Part shown: positions 36,037 through 45,881 of the stretch, one piece after another
Numbering within the stretch: position 1 is the stretch's first letter
Layout: every line of letters begins with the position of its first letter
DNA from: an uncultured bacterium
GTDB lineage: Bacteria > Patescibacteriota > Minisyncoccia > Phycocordibacterales > UBA918
Direction of reading: 5' to 3'
NCBI GenBank assembly: GCA_965652925.1
Contig: CBFGXL010000002.1
Coordinates: 4,881 to 68,880, forward strand
DNA: 64,000 bases
Notes under the pieces: model-generated
Databases searched by the model: none
What the model was told of the DNA's origin: nothing
Seen by the model: the letters and a program-made list of their open reading frames with translations, nothing else
Made by a program: the position numbers and the translations under genes

Positions 36037-38019
36037 CTACTCACGGAGGACCGCTGCTATCGCTGCACTCGTGGTGGCAAGATTATGAGTCTCAATCTTA
36101 TCTGCAATTTCATTTAATCGGGCTGCGACTTCAGGCTGGGACGTTTCTTTCTCTTGAGCAAGTGTTTGCAGACGCTCAACTGCACGGGAAGCAGAAGTAC
36201 GCTCCGGAACGCGAATAACGTACGTATCGATAGCACCATCTGTTGTATCTCCGGTCGTGTATTCTATCTGACTATCAGCAGACCCTCCTCCAGTATCAAC
36301 CGAAAGATGATACGGTCCATCACCCGTTCCTATGACCGAAAGCGTATACAGATCATCATCGGGAGCAGTGATGGTAAGTACCTTGGGTGACCCGTCAGCA
36401 TCTGTTGTTTGGCTTGTTGCTATCCCTGTTGCTTGAGCATAGCTGCTGCCGGGAATCTCCTCTACTATTGTCCCTGTCAATGGATCGTAACCTGTTTTTC
36501 TTCCCTGACTATCAGTCAGCAACAGCTCAGCCGGAGAACCGAGCTGTATCTCAACCCATCGCGGAAACGGACGCAGATTACTTGTATGGCTATACAGATT
36601 TGCCTGATCAATATCTCCACCGTAGTTTTGCACATGATTAGCAGTATCCATCAGATCGTTGGTAGTTTTGGTAAGGTACCAAAAAGGGTCATTGATAAAA
36701 TAATTTCCGCCATCAGCAAGTCCCGTGAGTAAGAAATAATGTCCCTTATCTTTCTCAAACGCGACTACGGGATTACCTTCAGAAACATACTTATCGGTAA
36801 GTGTCTTATCTGTGGTATTGAGCGCATCCAACTGTATAGTACTAAAACCCAGTTTCGAACTTAGGTACTGCAGACTGTAGAACCAGCGGACTGTATTCAA
36901 TTCTGTGTAGCCGTTGTTTGCTTTAAGCCATGCATTCATGTTCCCTGGATTGACCGCAGAACCATCAAAACCGGTATCAACGCCATATGCGAGACCCAGC
37001 ATACTCATAGAAGCAATCGCACACCCGCACCCGCCGATAGTATTTCCACACCAATCGGGAGTCCCGTCACCGTAGATATCATCAGCCCACTGCGAAGACT
37101 CAGGAGGATACGGCGATGCAATCTGAGTCATCAGAGGAACCGTGCCTTGTGAGGACGATGTCTCGATCTTTTCCTGCAAATCATTGCCGAGCTCTTGCAG
37201 TTCTTCCGCAGTTTCAGGAGAGACATCGCCCTGCTGTGCATCTTTAGTAACCTTCTTTAGAAATGCACCAATCTGATTGAGTGCAGCTTCCACTTTTTCC
37301 CCGTTGAAGAATTCCAAAAACTTCTTAATGTGCGCAAAATAAGAATTCTGCACGGCTTTCTTCTCTACCTCCCCCTCCACAATTCCTTCAATATCTTCTA
37401 CTAACTCTTCGGGTGTTGGATCAGGCACTTCATAGGTAACTACCAATTTTGGCCGAAGAGATGGATTGCCGAAATGGTCTGATGTCAAAAATCTTCTGAC
37501 GTGATTATTATTTGTATATCTTCCATCAATTTTTATTCCATAATTAGAATATCCTCCTGTAAACCAGTCTGATGTAATATCTGTTATATCGACACTCCAC
37601 CACCCAACTTCCGAAGGAGCAGGAATCCAACCCAATCCAGGATCAGAAGAATTAGGATTATTATTTTTAGTTATTCCCAATTCGGTCCATTCTTCTGTAA
37701 CTAAAAGTATTTTTGCCTCATTGTAATTCCCTCCCTGTTCCAAATCTTGAAATAAAAATAAATCAGCATCAGTTATTTCGGCATCAGTAGGAATTGTAGA
37801 TAAATCAAATTCAATGTAAGAGAAATATTCATCACTCCATCCTCCTATATGCATAAATTCAGAATCGGGACGTCCATCTTTATAATAAAAAGTACCATAG
37901 CTCGTATCCTTCCCATCTTCTGGCCCAGGTTGTATAACAACAGTTTCCGTTGCTGCCTCCACTATATTTAAACTAATACCAAAAAAGAACACTAGAAAAA
38001 GAACAAAAATATTTTTCAT
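36037..38019 (-). CDS. Secreted protein with an N-terminal DNRLRE-like beta-sandwich domain and a C39-like (papain-fold) cysteine peptidase domain.
   Basis: It has a signal peptide (MKNIFVLFLVFFFGISLNIVEAAT). KILLVTEEWTE resembles the DNRLRE-domain end. GNTIGGCGCAIASMSMLGLAYG resembles the C39_2 catalytic Cys motif, with a downstream His/Asp region (KDKGHYFLLTG...NDPFW). Confidence 0.5.
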   Translation of the reverse strand: MKNIFVLFLVFFFGISLNIVEAATETVVIQPGPEDGKDTSYGTFYYKDGRPDSEFMHIGGWSDEYFSYIEFDLSTIPTDAEITDADLFLFQDLEQGGNYNEAKILLVTEEWTELGITKNNNPNSSDPGLGWIPAPSEVGWWSVDITDITSDWFTGGYSNYGIKIDGRYTNNNHVRRFLTSDHFGNPSLRPKLVVTYEVPDPTPEELVEDIEGIVEGEVEKKAVQNSYFAHIKKFLEFFNGEKVEAALNQIGAFLKKVTKDAQQGDVSPETAEELQELGNDLQEKIETSSSQGTVPLMTQIASPYPPESSQWADDIYGDGTPDWCGNTIGGCGCAIASMSMLGLAYGVDTGFDGSAVNPGNMNAWLKANNGYTELNTVRWFYSLQYLSSKLGFSTIQLDALNTTDKTLTDKYVSEGNPVVAFEKDKGHYFLLTGLADGGNYFINDPFWYLTKTTNDLMDTANHVQNYGGDIDQANLYSHTSNLRPFPRWVEIQLGSPAELLLTDSQGRKTGYDPLTGTIVEEIPGSSYAQATGIATSQTTDADGSPKVLTITAPDDDLYTLSVIGTGDGPYHLSVDTGGGSADSQIEYTTGDTTDGAIDTYVIRVPERTSASRAVERLQTLAQEKETSQPEVAARLNEIADKIETHNLATTSAAIAAVLRE

Positions 38020-38083
38020 ATTTAGTATGTGATTGTTGACAAAGAATATATCTATAGCATAGCAAGCTCAGCTATATCTGTAA

Positions 38084-40078
38084 TTAAAGGTCTGTGATTT
38101 TCTTCTGAGAAGTAGTGGCAAACTCAAATTCTTCCACGAACCATTCATCAAAGTGGCGTGAGAGGTATTCTGAACCCTCGACACTCAAATGATCGTCATC
38201 TCTGTAGAGTAACAGTCCTTCTTCCTGCAGATAATTGATACACTTATCGTTTGGACAGATCGCTTCATAGGGATCATACACATGCACATTTTCATACTTC
38301 TTCTCTACGTTTACCAGTAGATTGCGCACCTTCTCGGAGCGCTTCATATCTTCAGATTTTTTTACCGTGCAATACTTCCCCAAGATTACACATGATTCAG
38401 GACCCGAGGTGAAAACCGGCGTGGGCGCTATGAATATAATATTGATGTCATTGTCTACTTCCTGGATATATGCATTTAAATTTTCATGGATAAGCTCCTC
38501 ATTGTACTGCTTCTGATCTAAGTAGAGAGAGACAACGTAGTAAACTTCGGCAAAAGTTTTTTTAATATTGTCCAACTCTGCAGATCTCTCCGAGAGTATG
38601 GCTTTCTCAATATCATCTTCTCTACTGTCTGTGAAAATTTCGCGGGGAAATGTCCTGAAGTACAAATTTTCTACCGCATCAGTATTGTTGAACATGGGTA
38701 CAAAATGCATTGCATGACTATCGCCCGTGAGAAAAAAGATACTACCCTCGTTTGTCTGCTCCAAACACTCTTTTTTTAGCCCGGCTTGCTCAGTTGAGCT
38801 CCCTTTTGCGGCGCATACCTCCTCAACCCTGGTCCCATTGATCTCGAAGTTCGGCTGAATCCTTTCACCCAGACTGAAATTCTTTTCGATATAGTTAAAA
38901 GAAGCTAGCCTGCTATCCAATGAGTTCAAACTTTCGTTGACCACTTTTTTTGAATTATTAAATCCGTATACCCCCACACCAATCGAGAACACGAGCAATA
39001 TCAATACGCCCAGAGCTCCAAGGTACTTCAACTTCTGATCCAGGAAAACAGAATATCTGAGTGGCTTTTCAACTACATAATAGGAAAGTAAGGCAAAAAC
39101 AATGACGGCAGTAACTGATACAAGATAAAATACAGTATCAGTGAGGTACAGATTAGCAAAGTAAATCACCGGCAAATGCCATAAGTACAGTGAGTAAGAA
39201 ATTTTGCCGGCGAAAACCAAAACCTTAGTTTCAAGCCACGCGACTACACCACTCACCCGGTTAATACCAGCATATATAATTCCCGCAGTACCAAGCGTGA
39301 TACCCAGAGTTTCAATATATAGGTTGTTTGTGTATGGTTGCAAAACAAGTACAGCAAGAACAAGGAGAAGCGACAACAACGCCAGCACATTAGTTTTTTG
39401 AGGCAGCGATCTACCTTGAGTTAAGAAGAACAGAGCACACCCTATTCCCAGTTCCCAAAAACGTGCGGTGGGGAAATAAAAATTAGAAAAGATCTCGTGT
39501 GCATGTGAGGCAAAAATTAAATAGAGAATGAGCGATAAACCACCTATAGCCCAGAACAACCACACCAGATTGAGCTTGCGACTACGCATATAGTAAAGAC
39601 CAAGTGCCAACAACATGGGATACGCAAAATAAAATTGTTCTTCCACGCCCAATGACCACGTATGCAGCAAAGGATTGATTAGGTCTTGCGCAAAGTAATC
39701 ATCCCCGTGATGCAAAAAATAAAGATTTGATACAGCGAATATTGACGAAATACTACTCTTTATAAAAAGATTCGTGTCCCAAAGAAAACCGACCAAGATA
39801 TACCCGACGGTTGTGGCACTTACCATCGTCAACAGGGCCGGATAAAGCCGCTTAAAACGCTTCTGGTAGAACTTGCCAATGTTGATCTTCCCTGTTCTTA
39901 AGTAGTCCTGATACAGAGATTGGGAAATTACGAAGCCGGAAATAACAAAAAATACATCTACTCCCAAGTATCCAGATGGAAAGAAAGTTGGTTGCAGGTG
40001 GAAGAGTATAACGAGAATAACGGCGACCGCCCGCAATCCATCAATATAAGGCTTGTATTTAAGGTCAGTTTCAAGCAT
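38084..40078 (-). CDS. OatA-like O-acyltransferase: acyltransferase-3 membrane domain fused to a C-terminal SGNH hydrolase domain.
   Basis: The N-terminal ~370 aa are polytopic with the Acyl_transf_3 start (YIDGLRAVAVILVILFHL, GVDVFFVISGF). The C-terminal domain carries GDSH (FFLTGDSHAMHF). Confidence 0.75.
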   Translation of the reverse strand: MLETDLKYKPYIDGLRAVAVILVILFHLQPTFFPSGYLGVDVFFVISGFVISQSLYQDYLRTGKINIGKFYQKRFKRLYPALLTMVSATTVGYILVGFLWDTNLFIKSSISSIFAVSNLYFLHHGDDYFAQDLINPLLHTWSLGVEEQFYFAYPMLLALGLYYMRSRKLNLVWLFWAIGGLSLILYLIFASHAHEIFSNFYFPTARFWELGIGCALFFLTQGRSLPQKTNVLALLSLLLVLAVLVLQPYTNNLYIETLGITLGTAGIIYAGINRVSGVVAWLETKVLVFAGKISYSLYLWHLPVIYFANLYLTDTVFYLVSVTAVIVFALLSYYVVEKPLRYSVFLDQKLKYLGALGVLILLVFSIGVGVYGFNNSKKVVNESLNSLDSRLASFNYIEKNFSLGERIQPNFEINGTRVEEVCAAKGSSTEQAGLKKECLEQTNEGSIFFLTGDSHAMHFVPMFNNTDAVENLYFRTFPREIFTDSREDDIEKAILSERSAELDNIKKTFAEVYYVVSLYLDQKQYNEELIHENLNAYIQEVDNDINIIFIAPTPVFTSGPESCVILGKYCTVKKSEDMKRSEKVRNLLVNVEKKYENVHVYDPYEAICPNDKCINYLQEEGLLLYRDDDHLSVEGSEYLSRHFDEWFVEEFEFATTSQKKITDL

Positions 40079-40124
40079 GGGGGATGTGATGACCCCAACA
40101 CTATAGCACGGAAGGCTCAGTAGA

Positions 40125-41783
40125 TTATCGAATCGAAATCTTCCCTTGTTCTTTCAGGTAGTCGATCACTGCCTGCGCATGTTTTTCAGGAGTACCATCT
40201 GAAGTGTCGATGGTAAGTTCCGGTTGCACAGGTACTTCGTACGGATCGCTGATACCAGTGAATTGCTTGAGAATACCTTTTCGAGCTTTTTCATAGAGCC
40301 CTTTTACATCACGCGCCTCACATACCTCAAGTGGAGTTGAAACATGCACCTCGACAAAGGTTCCATACTGTTCAACCAGTTCTCGTGCTTTTTCTCGCGC
40401 TTGAGCATATGGCGCAATGAGGGCACAGACAGCAATACCGCCATGCTTCGTAATCTCACTTGCCACATACCCTACACGCTGCACGTTAAGGTCACGGTGC
40501 TCTTTAGAGAACCCAAGCTCTGACGTGAGGTGGTTACGGATCACGTCACCATCAAGCAACGTCACCTCTCTGTCCTGAATTTCGAGGAGTTTCGTTGCAA
40601 GGATTTTTGCAAGTGTTGACTTTCCTGATCCAGAGAGGCCCGTGAAGAAAACCGTCACACCCCTCCGTTTTTGTTTTGCAACACCTATCTGCAACTCTGC
40701 GATACTCTCAGGGAATGAGAACCACGAAGGGATCTCCTCTCCTGCAAGGAGCATACGACGAAACTCTGTACCAGAAATGTTTGCAAACTCCTCCCCTTCT
40801 GTAAGTTCATCAGTACTTGCGTATGCATCACGGCTGGGTACATAGGCAAGCTCGTCACTTGAAACCACCTCGATGCCGATCTCTTGCGCATACTTGAGAG
40901 CATTCTCTCGAGCTTCATATGGTCCGTAGAACGGTTCACCTTTGCTATTCTTCCCCGGACCTGCGTGATCGCGTCCCACGATGAAGTGTGTTGCGCCATA
41001 ATTCTTCCTCACAATCATGTGCCAGAGTACTTCACGCGGACCTGCCATACGCATTGCGAGTGGCAGAAGTGAGAGAAAGGTGAAGTCCTTTCCGTATTTT
41101 TCACACACGACGCGATACGTATGCACACGGGTGATATAGTCAATATCACCCTCTTTGGTCATACCAACCACAGGATGCACCAAAACTGGAAGACCTGTCT
41201 TTTCGTGTGCGCGCTTCACAAGCTCGAAGTGTGCACGGTGCATTGGATTGCGCGTCTGAAATGCGACAACCTTATCCCAACCTTTTTCTTTAAAAACGGC
41301 TTTGAGCTCTACTGGTGTATAGCGATACTCTTTGAAGTCATGGCGTGCTTCAAGTTGTAGCTTATGAATGGTTCCGCCGATATAGAGGTCGTGCATCTGG
41401 TTCATCACATACCGCACCCCTGGATGCATAAGGTCATCAGTACCGTAGACTCCTTCCACTTCAGTCTCTTTATTGGGCGCATACCGAGACTCGATATCCA
41501 TAACGGCAAGCGGATTGCCATACTGGTCGCACAATACAATCGACTCTCCCACTTCGAATTCAGCACTATTAGGAACATCAAGCACAATTGGTATCGGAAA
41601 GAGCGTACCATCGGAGAGACGCATTTCTTTGACAACTCGATGGTAGTCAGCTTCATTCATAAAACCGGTAAGCGGAGCGAATCCACCCACCATGAGCATC
41701 TCGAGGTCAAAAAGCTGTCGATCTTTGAGGTTATATCGTTTTAGACTAAGTGTAGTTTGAATTGAATAGGCGGCCTCTGACAT
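40125..41783 (-). CDS. Bifunctional sulfate adenylyltransferase (ATP sulfurylase) / adenylylsulfate kinase, i.e. PAPS synthase.
   Basis: The N-terminal part has the ATP-sulfurylase motifs QTRNPMHRAH and VGRDHAGPG. The C-terminal ~180 aa have APS kinase motifs (FFTGLSGSGKST, LDGDVIRNHL..LGFS.EHR). Confidence 0.85.
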   Translation of the reverse strand: MSEAAYSIQTTLSLKRYNLKDRQLFDLEMLMVGGFAPLTGFMNEADYHRVVKEMRLSDGTLFPIPIVLDVPNSAEFEVGESIVLCDQYGNPLAVMDIESRYAPNKETEVEGVYGTDDLMHPGVRYVMNQMHDLYIGGTIHKLQLEARHDFKEYRYTPVELKAVFKEKGWDKVVAFQTRNPMHRAHFELVKRAHEKTGLPVLVHPVVGMTKEGDIDYITRVHTYRVVCEKYGKDFTFLSLLPLAMRMAGPREVLWHMIVRKNYGATHFIVGRDHAGPGKNSKGEPFYGPYEARENALKYAQEIGIEVVSSDELAYVPSRDAYASTDELTEGEEFANISGTEFRRMLLAGEEIPSWFSFPESIAELQIGVAKQKRRGVTVFFTGLSGSGKSTLAKILATKLLEIQDREVTLLDGDVIRNHLTSELGFSKEHRDLNVQRVGYVASEITKHGGIAVCALIAPYAQAREKARELVEQYGTFVEVHVSTPLEVCEARDVKGLYEKARKGILKQFTGISDPYEVPVQPELTIDTSDGTPEKHAQAVIDYLKEQGKISIR

Positions 41784-41902
41784 GGAACTTAAGTTTCTTA
41801 TTGATTACGTGTAGTACAACTATACCGAAAGCGAAAAGTTGCGCGAAATCATTCCAACATGAACCATTTGGCAACTTTCGTAGGTTATAGTATACGAATA
41901 TT

Positions 41903-43153
41903 ATGCCTATTGACCACCTTTTAACCTCTTTAAGCAGGAAGCTGAAACTGGATTTGCATTACTTTGCAAAAGGAGGTTTTTGGCTTCTAGTTGCACAGGG
42001 TGGAACTATTATTGGTTCACTGCTAGGAACTATTGTCTTTGCCAATATCCTTACCGAAGAAAGTTATGGAATCTACCGCTATTTGGTTGCTCTTGCTGTT
42101 TTGTTTAGCACTTTTTCTCTGACGGGAATTACTCAGTCAGTGTTGCAAACAGCAGCAAAAGGCCATACAGAATTTTTTCCTTATGCAATACGAATAAGTC
42201 TTATATACAATCTTGGCACAACTATCACAGGGCTCGGCGGATCGATCTATTATTATATAAACGAAAATTTTCTTCTCTCGACTGGGTGTATCTTAATTGC
42301 AATCTTCCAACCTCTAATAGCATCATTTCAAAACACTACTCCTCTACTCCAAGGACTGAAGATGTTCAAACAATCTGCGTTATTGCAGATTGTTAAGACA
42401 ATGGTAATTACAATAGCTGGAATTATCACGGTCTATTTTACAAAGGATGTGGTAATACTTTTTCTTGTTTTTCTTTTTTCACAAACTTTTGCAAACGTAG
42501 TTGGCTCCCTTTTTTTTATTATCAAAAATGTCTCGAGTGCTGAACTTAGAGAAGATATAAAGAATCGTTATTTAAATTATGCTCGACATTTAAGTATTCA
42601 AAACATAATTATTGGCATCTCCACTAGGATTGACAATGTCATTGTATTTCAACACTTAGGAGCTGCAAATCTTGCACTCTTTAGCATTGCAACAGTAATT
42701 CCAGATCAGATAAAAGGTGCGAGCAAAAATCTTGTTACACTTTTGATTCCAAAATTTGCTAAACATTCATCACTCGAAGAGGTGAAGTTAAAAATACCAA
42801 AGAGAAGCATACAACTATTTATTGTGCTGTTTTTGTGCAGCGCCCTTTTGATATGTATCATTCCATTTATCTATGAAGTGTTTTTCCCAAAGTACATAAA
42901 AGCTATCCCATACTCTCAGCTTTTATTGCTTTCCCTACCTGCTTCTATATACTTTGTTCCACTAACTGCTCTACAGTCACATCTCAAAGACAAGGAACTA
43001 TATTTGCTTAATGTTTATTCAGCAATGTTTCAAATATTAGTAACCTTGGTGTTGATTTATGCACTGGGCTTACTCGGAGCAATAGCATCGAGAATCATAT
43101 CTAGATACTTTCAGACTGTATTGACTTTTGTCATTATTCAGAGAACAGATTAA
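41903..43153 (+). CDS. Wzx-like polysaccharide/oligosaccharide flippase (MOP superfamily).
   Basis: It is 416 aa with ~12 predicted TM helices and the typical polysaccharide-biosynthesis-protein organisation. It is one of only two plus-strand genes. Confidence 0.65.
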   Translation: MPIDHLLTSLSRKLKLDLHYFAKGGFWLLVAQGGTIIGSLLGTIVFANILTEESYGIYRYLVALAVLFSTFSLTGITQSVLQTAAKGHTEFFPYAIRISLIYNLGTTITGLGGSIYYYINENFLLSTGCILIAIFQPLIASFQNTTPLLQGLKMFKQSALLQIVKTMVITIAGIITVYFTKDVVILFLVFLFSQTFANVVGSLFFIIKNVSSAELREDIKNRYLNYARHLSIQNIIIGISTRIDNVIVFQHLGAANLALFSIATVIPDQIKGASKNLVTLLIPKFAKHSSLEEVKLKIPKRSIQLFIVLFLCSALLICIIPFIYEVFFPKYIKAIPYSQLLLLSLPASIYFVPLTALQSHLKDKELYLLNVYSAMFQILVTLVLIYALGLLGAIASRIISRYFQTVLTFVIIQRTD

Positions 43154-43779
43154 ATTTTTGTCTTTGAATATACGACCAAATATCCAAGGGGAATTTTTTC
43201 AGTTAAGCTTCTATACTTCCTTGAAATTTTATTAAGGGATCTATCCAATGAAACTACAATTTTTTGTAAGGAATTACGCAAAAAGTTAGTCGGTACAGCG
43301 TTGCGAATAAGCTGAAAAAAAAGTGAGAGTGGCCCAAAACCTAAGGGGTATATATTTTCAACACTCAAAGCATATTTCTCTGCCAATCGTCTATAAGCTG
43401 AAACGGTATACCTTAAATAGTCATCAGGTGACCCATGTATGTGGTACATAAATGGTGCCGCAATTACAATTTTGCCTCCATTTTTCACACAACGAACCTG
43501 CTCACTGAATACATTTTCAAATTCAAATACGTGTTCCATAACATTCAAACAAATTGCATGGTCGTATGAAGCATCTTCGAAGGGAAACCTCTTTTCTATA
43601 TCTACAAAGAAATCTGGTTCGCACGCATTATCAATATTAATTACGGTAAAACTATGTTCACCTTTAATGAGTTTATGATATCCGGACCTTTTGCTTCCCC
43701 CAACGTCAAGAATGCTACCCTCTAACTGCAATTCTCCTATTAGTCGATATTCTTCATTGCGAATGATTGAGTAATTCAT
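43150..43779 (-). CDS. Class I SAM-dependent methyltransferase (Methyltransf_11-like).
   Basis: It has motif I ILDVGGSKRSGY, a post-I acidic residue, and motif II/III. Confidence 0.65.
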   Translation of the reverse strand: MNYSIIRNEEYRLIGELQLEGSILDVGGSKRSGYHKLIKGEHSFTVINIDNACEPDFFVDIEKRFPFEDASYDHAICLNVMEHVFEFENVFSEQVRCVKNGGKIVIAAPFMYHIHGSPDDYLRYTVSAYRRLAEKYALSVENIYPLGFGPLSLFFQLIRNAVPTNFLRNSLQKIVVSLDRSLNKISRKYRSLTEKIPLGYLVVYSKTKI

Positions 43780-44567
43780 TGAGTTTTCTTAACAGCTTTT
43801 ATAATAAATCGATGAGGGTTTGAGAGGTTTACTTTTTCAATGGTATGATCGCTAAACTTAGATATGAATTCCTCTGCATCTTTAATCAGATCAGCATGCA
43901 CCTCCCCAATGTAAGCATCTGCAAATTCAAGCGGGTTACTGTCACCGAAAAGAGCCTCTTCCGCTCCCTCAATGTCAAACTTAATGATATTTGCTCGATC
44001 AGTATTACATATACGTAGAAGTGATTGAAGTGTGTGGACAGGTACAGAAACGATATTCTTGACATCCGAACGGGATTTGAAAGAATTGCCAAGACTACTT
44101 GCAACGATATTCAGATCGGCAAAACCATCTTTTTCAGCAACACCCGCTTGGATTGGAGTTATTTTTGAGATGCCTGAGGTATTTTTCAGGAGTCTTTTAA
44201 AAGTTTCCGGTGCTGGCTCAACTGCGTAAATGTGCGCATCAGGGTACTTTAAATGATAGTACAAAGTTGTATCACCAAAGTGGGCCCCTAGATCCAGAAT
44301 AACCTTGGGTTCTGCTCCAAAATCCCAGTTGTACTCACCTAAAAGAAAAACCTCACTGAGTGCTGCTAAGTCAACAATTGACTCAATATAAACATTAAAA
44401 GGTTTATTCAAATAGATTAAATTAAAGCGCATTTCTTTACCACGCAAAAAAGTTTTACGAGTAAGAGCGAAGTACCACAGCTGTAAAATGAGAATCACCG
44501 TACGCAAGTACGAGCCTCCTGAAAAGGCGCTGGCAAGCCTTGGTATTAAATTAAAAAGTATGTACAT
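43776..44567 (-). CDS. FkbM-family methyltransferase.
   Basis: ILDLGAHFGDTTLYY, IYAVEPAPETFKRL and IIKFDIEGAEEAL are characteristic of Methyltransf_21/FkbM. It overlaps the upstream gene by 4 bp. Confidence 0.75.
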   Translation of the reverse strand: MYILFNLIPRLASAFSGGSYLRTVILILQLWYFALTRKTFLRGKEMRFNLIYLNKPFNVYIESIVDLAALSEVFLLGEYNWDFGAEPKVILDLGAHFGDTTLYYHLKYPDAHIYAVEPAPETFKRLLKNTSGISKITPIQAGVAEKDGFADLNIVASSLGNSFKSRSDVKNIVSVPVHTLQSLLRICNTDRANIIKFDIEGAEEALFGDSNPLEFADAYIGEVHADLIKDAEEFISKFSDHTIEKVNLSNPHRFIIKAVKKTQ

Positions 44568-44582
44568 AATTAAAATTACATC

Positions 44583-45059
44583 TTAATCGATATTCTTTAT
44601 CACACGTGCTGGAACACCCACTGCTACAACATTTGCAGGAATATCTTTTGTTACGACGGCACCAGCACCAATAACGCTATTTGCCCCAATCACTACCCCG
44701 GGATTAATGATCGCCCCTGAACCAATCCAAACCCCGTCATTGATAAGTACTCCTTTCTCAAAGTGTGCACGATCTTCCATCTTTTTTGTGTAATCTAATC
44801 CAGTGGTATTTATAACAACAAATGGTGAGATATGAACATGACTACCAATAATTATTTCAACACGTCCATTTAAAAAACAACCAGCATTTATTGATGTGTC
44901 TTCACCAATGCTAATTTTTTCGGGTGAAATAACTGTAATGGCTCCTAAAATTCTACTTCTCTTTCCAAACGAACCAAATACTATTGAGTACCCAAACGTA
45001 CGAAGCCATTTCATCCTCCCTAAATACTTTAAACGCAAGAATCTTACAATGGAATTCAT
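44583..45059 (-). CDS. Hexapeptide-repeat (LbH) sugar O-acetyltransferase.
   Basis: The C-terminal hexapeptide repeats GSGAIINPGVVIGANSVIGAGAVVTKDIPANVVAVGVPARVI mark a WbbJ/NeuD-like acetyltransferase. Confidence 0.75.
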   Translation of the reverse strand: MNSIVRFLRLKYLGRMKWLRTFGYSIVFGSFGKRSRILGAITVISPEKISIGEDTSINAGCFLNGRVEIIIGSHVHISPFVVINTTGLDYTKKMEDRAHFEKGVLINDGVWIGSGAIINPGVVIGANSVIGAGAVVTKDIPANVVAVGVPARVIKNID

Positions 45060-45065
45060 TTAAAT

Positions 45066-45881
45066 TTATTGCTTAGAGATTAAAAATAACTTAAAGAGAT
45101 CATACCCCCCATCGACCCACTTTTTGACGGAACGGGTGCTTTGGTTCTTTTCGATAAGGGTTCGAAAAAGTATATCTAAACTTGGTCTATAAAAGCCAGT
45201 AATTGCAGAATACTGCTTTGTGTACCCTGCCCGGGCAACCTCGTTCATTGTTTCTTGAGTGAAATATCGAGCCGTACCGAACGGATACGCAAAATCTGTA
45301 ATTTCAATGCCGAGCTCTGATTCGAGCTTGCTCTTATCGCCCAATACCTCTCCGTATACTTCTTTTGCGGTAAGGAGGGCGAGATTTGGATGGGTAACTG
45401 TATGCCCCCCAACACTATGTCCTTCTACAACCAGTTGATGCGCCCCATTCCACGTAAGCGGCTTTTTGGGAGAAATAAGCAACCTGTCGCGCATGTACAC
45501 CTCAATTTTTTGTTCGTCATGTGCAATATCAAGTAGGGTTGAGTTTATAAAAAATAACCCTTTGAGGTTGAATGATTCCAAAATCGGTAAACAAGTATCT
45601 ATCCATGATTGATACCCATCATCGAATGTGAGGAGGATATTGATCCTGTTCTGATTGAATTCTTGATTATGAAATTGTGTTGGAGTAATTACCGTGTAGT
45701 TTTTAACGAGCATTCCGACAACTTCTTCAAACCACTTTTTGTCAGAAACGTCATGGAAACACAGCACACGCACGAGTGGACCTTTTCTCCTTTTAATTTT
45801 CTGATACACAAAAGTAACTCCTGATATGGAGATAACAGATACAAGAAAATCTCTTATTATATGTTTCATGATATTCCCCAC
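45066..45881 (-). CDS. Polysaccharide deacetylase (NodB-homology / CE4 domain) with an N-terminal TM anchor.
   Basis: It has the TFDDGY motif, a downstream H..H metal-binding region, and an N-terminal hydrophobic segment. Confidence 0.7.
   Translation of the reverse strand: MGNIMKHIIRDFLVSVISISGVTFVYQKIKRRKGPLVRVLCFHDVSDKKWFEEVVGMLVKNYTVITPTQFHNQEFNQNRINILLTFDDGYQSWIDTCLPILESFNLKGLFFINSTLLDIAHDEQKIEVYMRDRLLISPKKPLTWNGAHQLVVEGHSVGGHTVTHPNLALLTAKEVYGEVLGDKSKLESELGIEITDFAYPFGTARYFTQETMNEVARAGYTKQYSAITGFYRPSLDILFRTLIEKNQSTRSVKKWVDGGYDLFKLFLISKQ

Noticed and set aside
41868-41896. A sigma70-like promoter for the flippase gene (-35 TTGGCA at 41868..41873, -10 TAGTAT/TATACG).
   Set aside because: Spacer and -10 quality are ambiguous (14 versus 17 nt; 3-4 of 6 matches), and the -10 would sit about 7 nt from the ATG. 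This is too weak to list as a feature.
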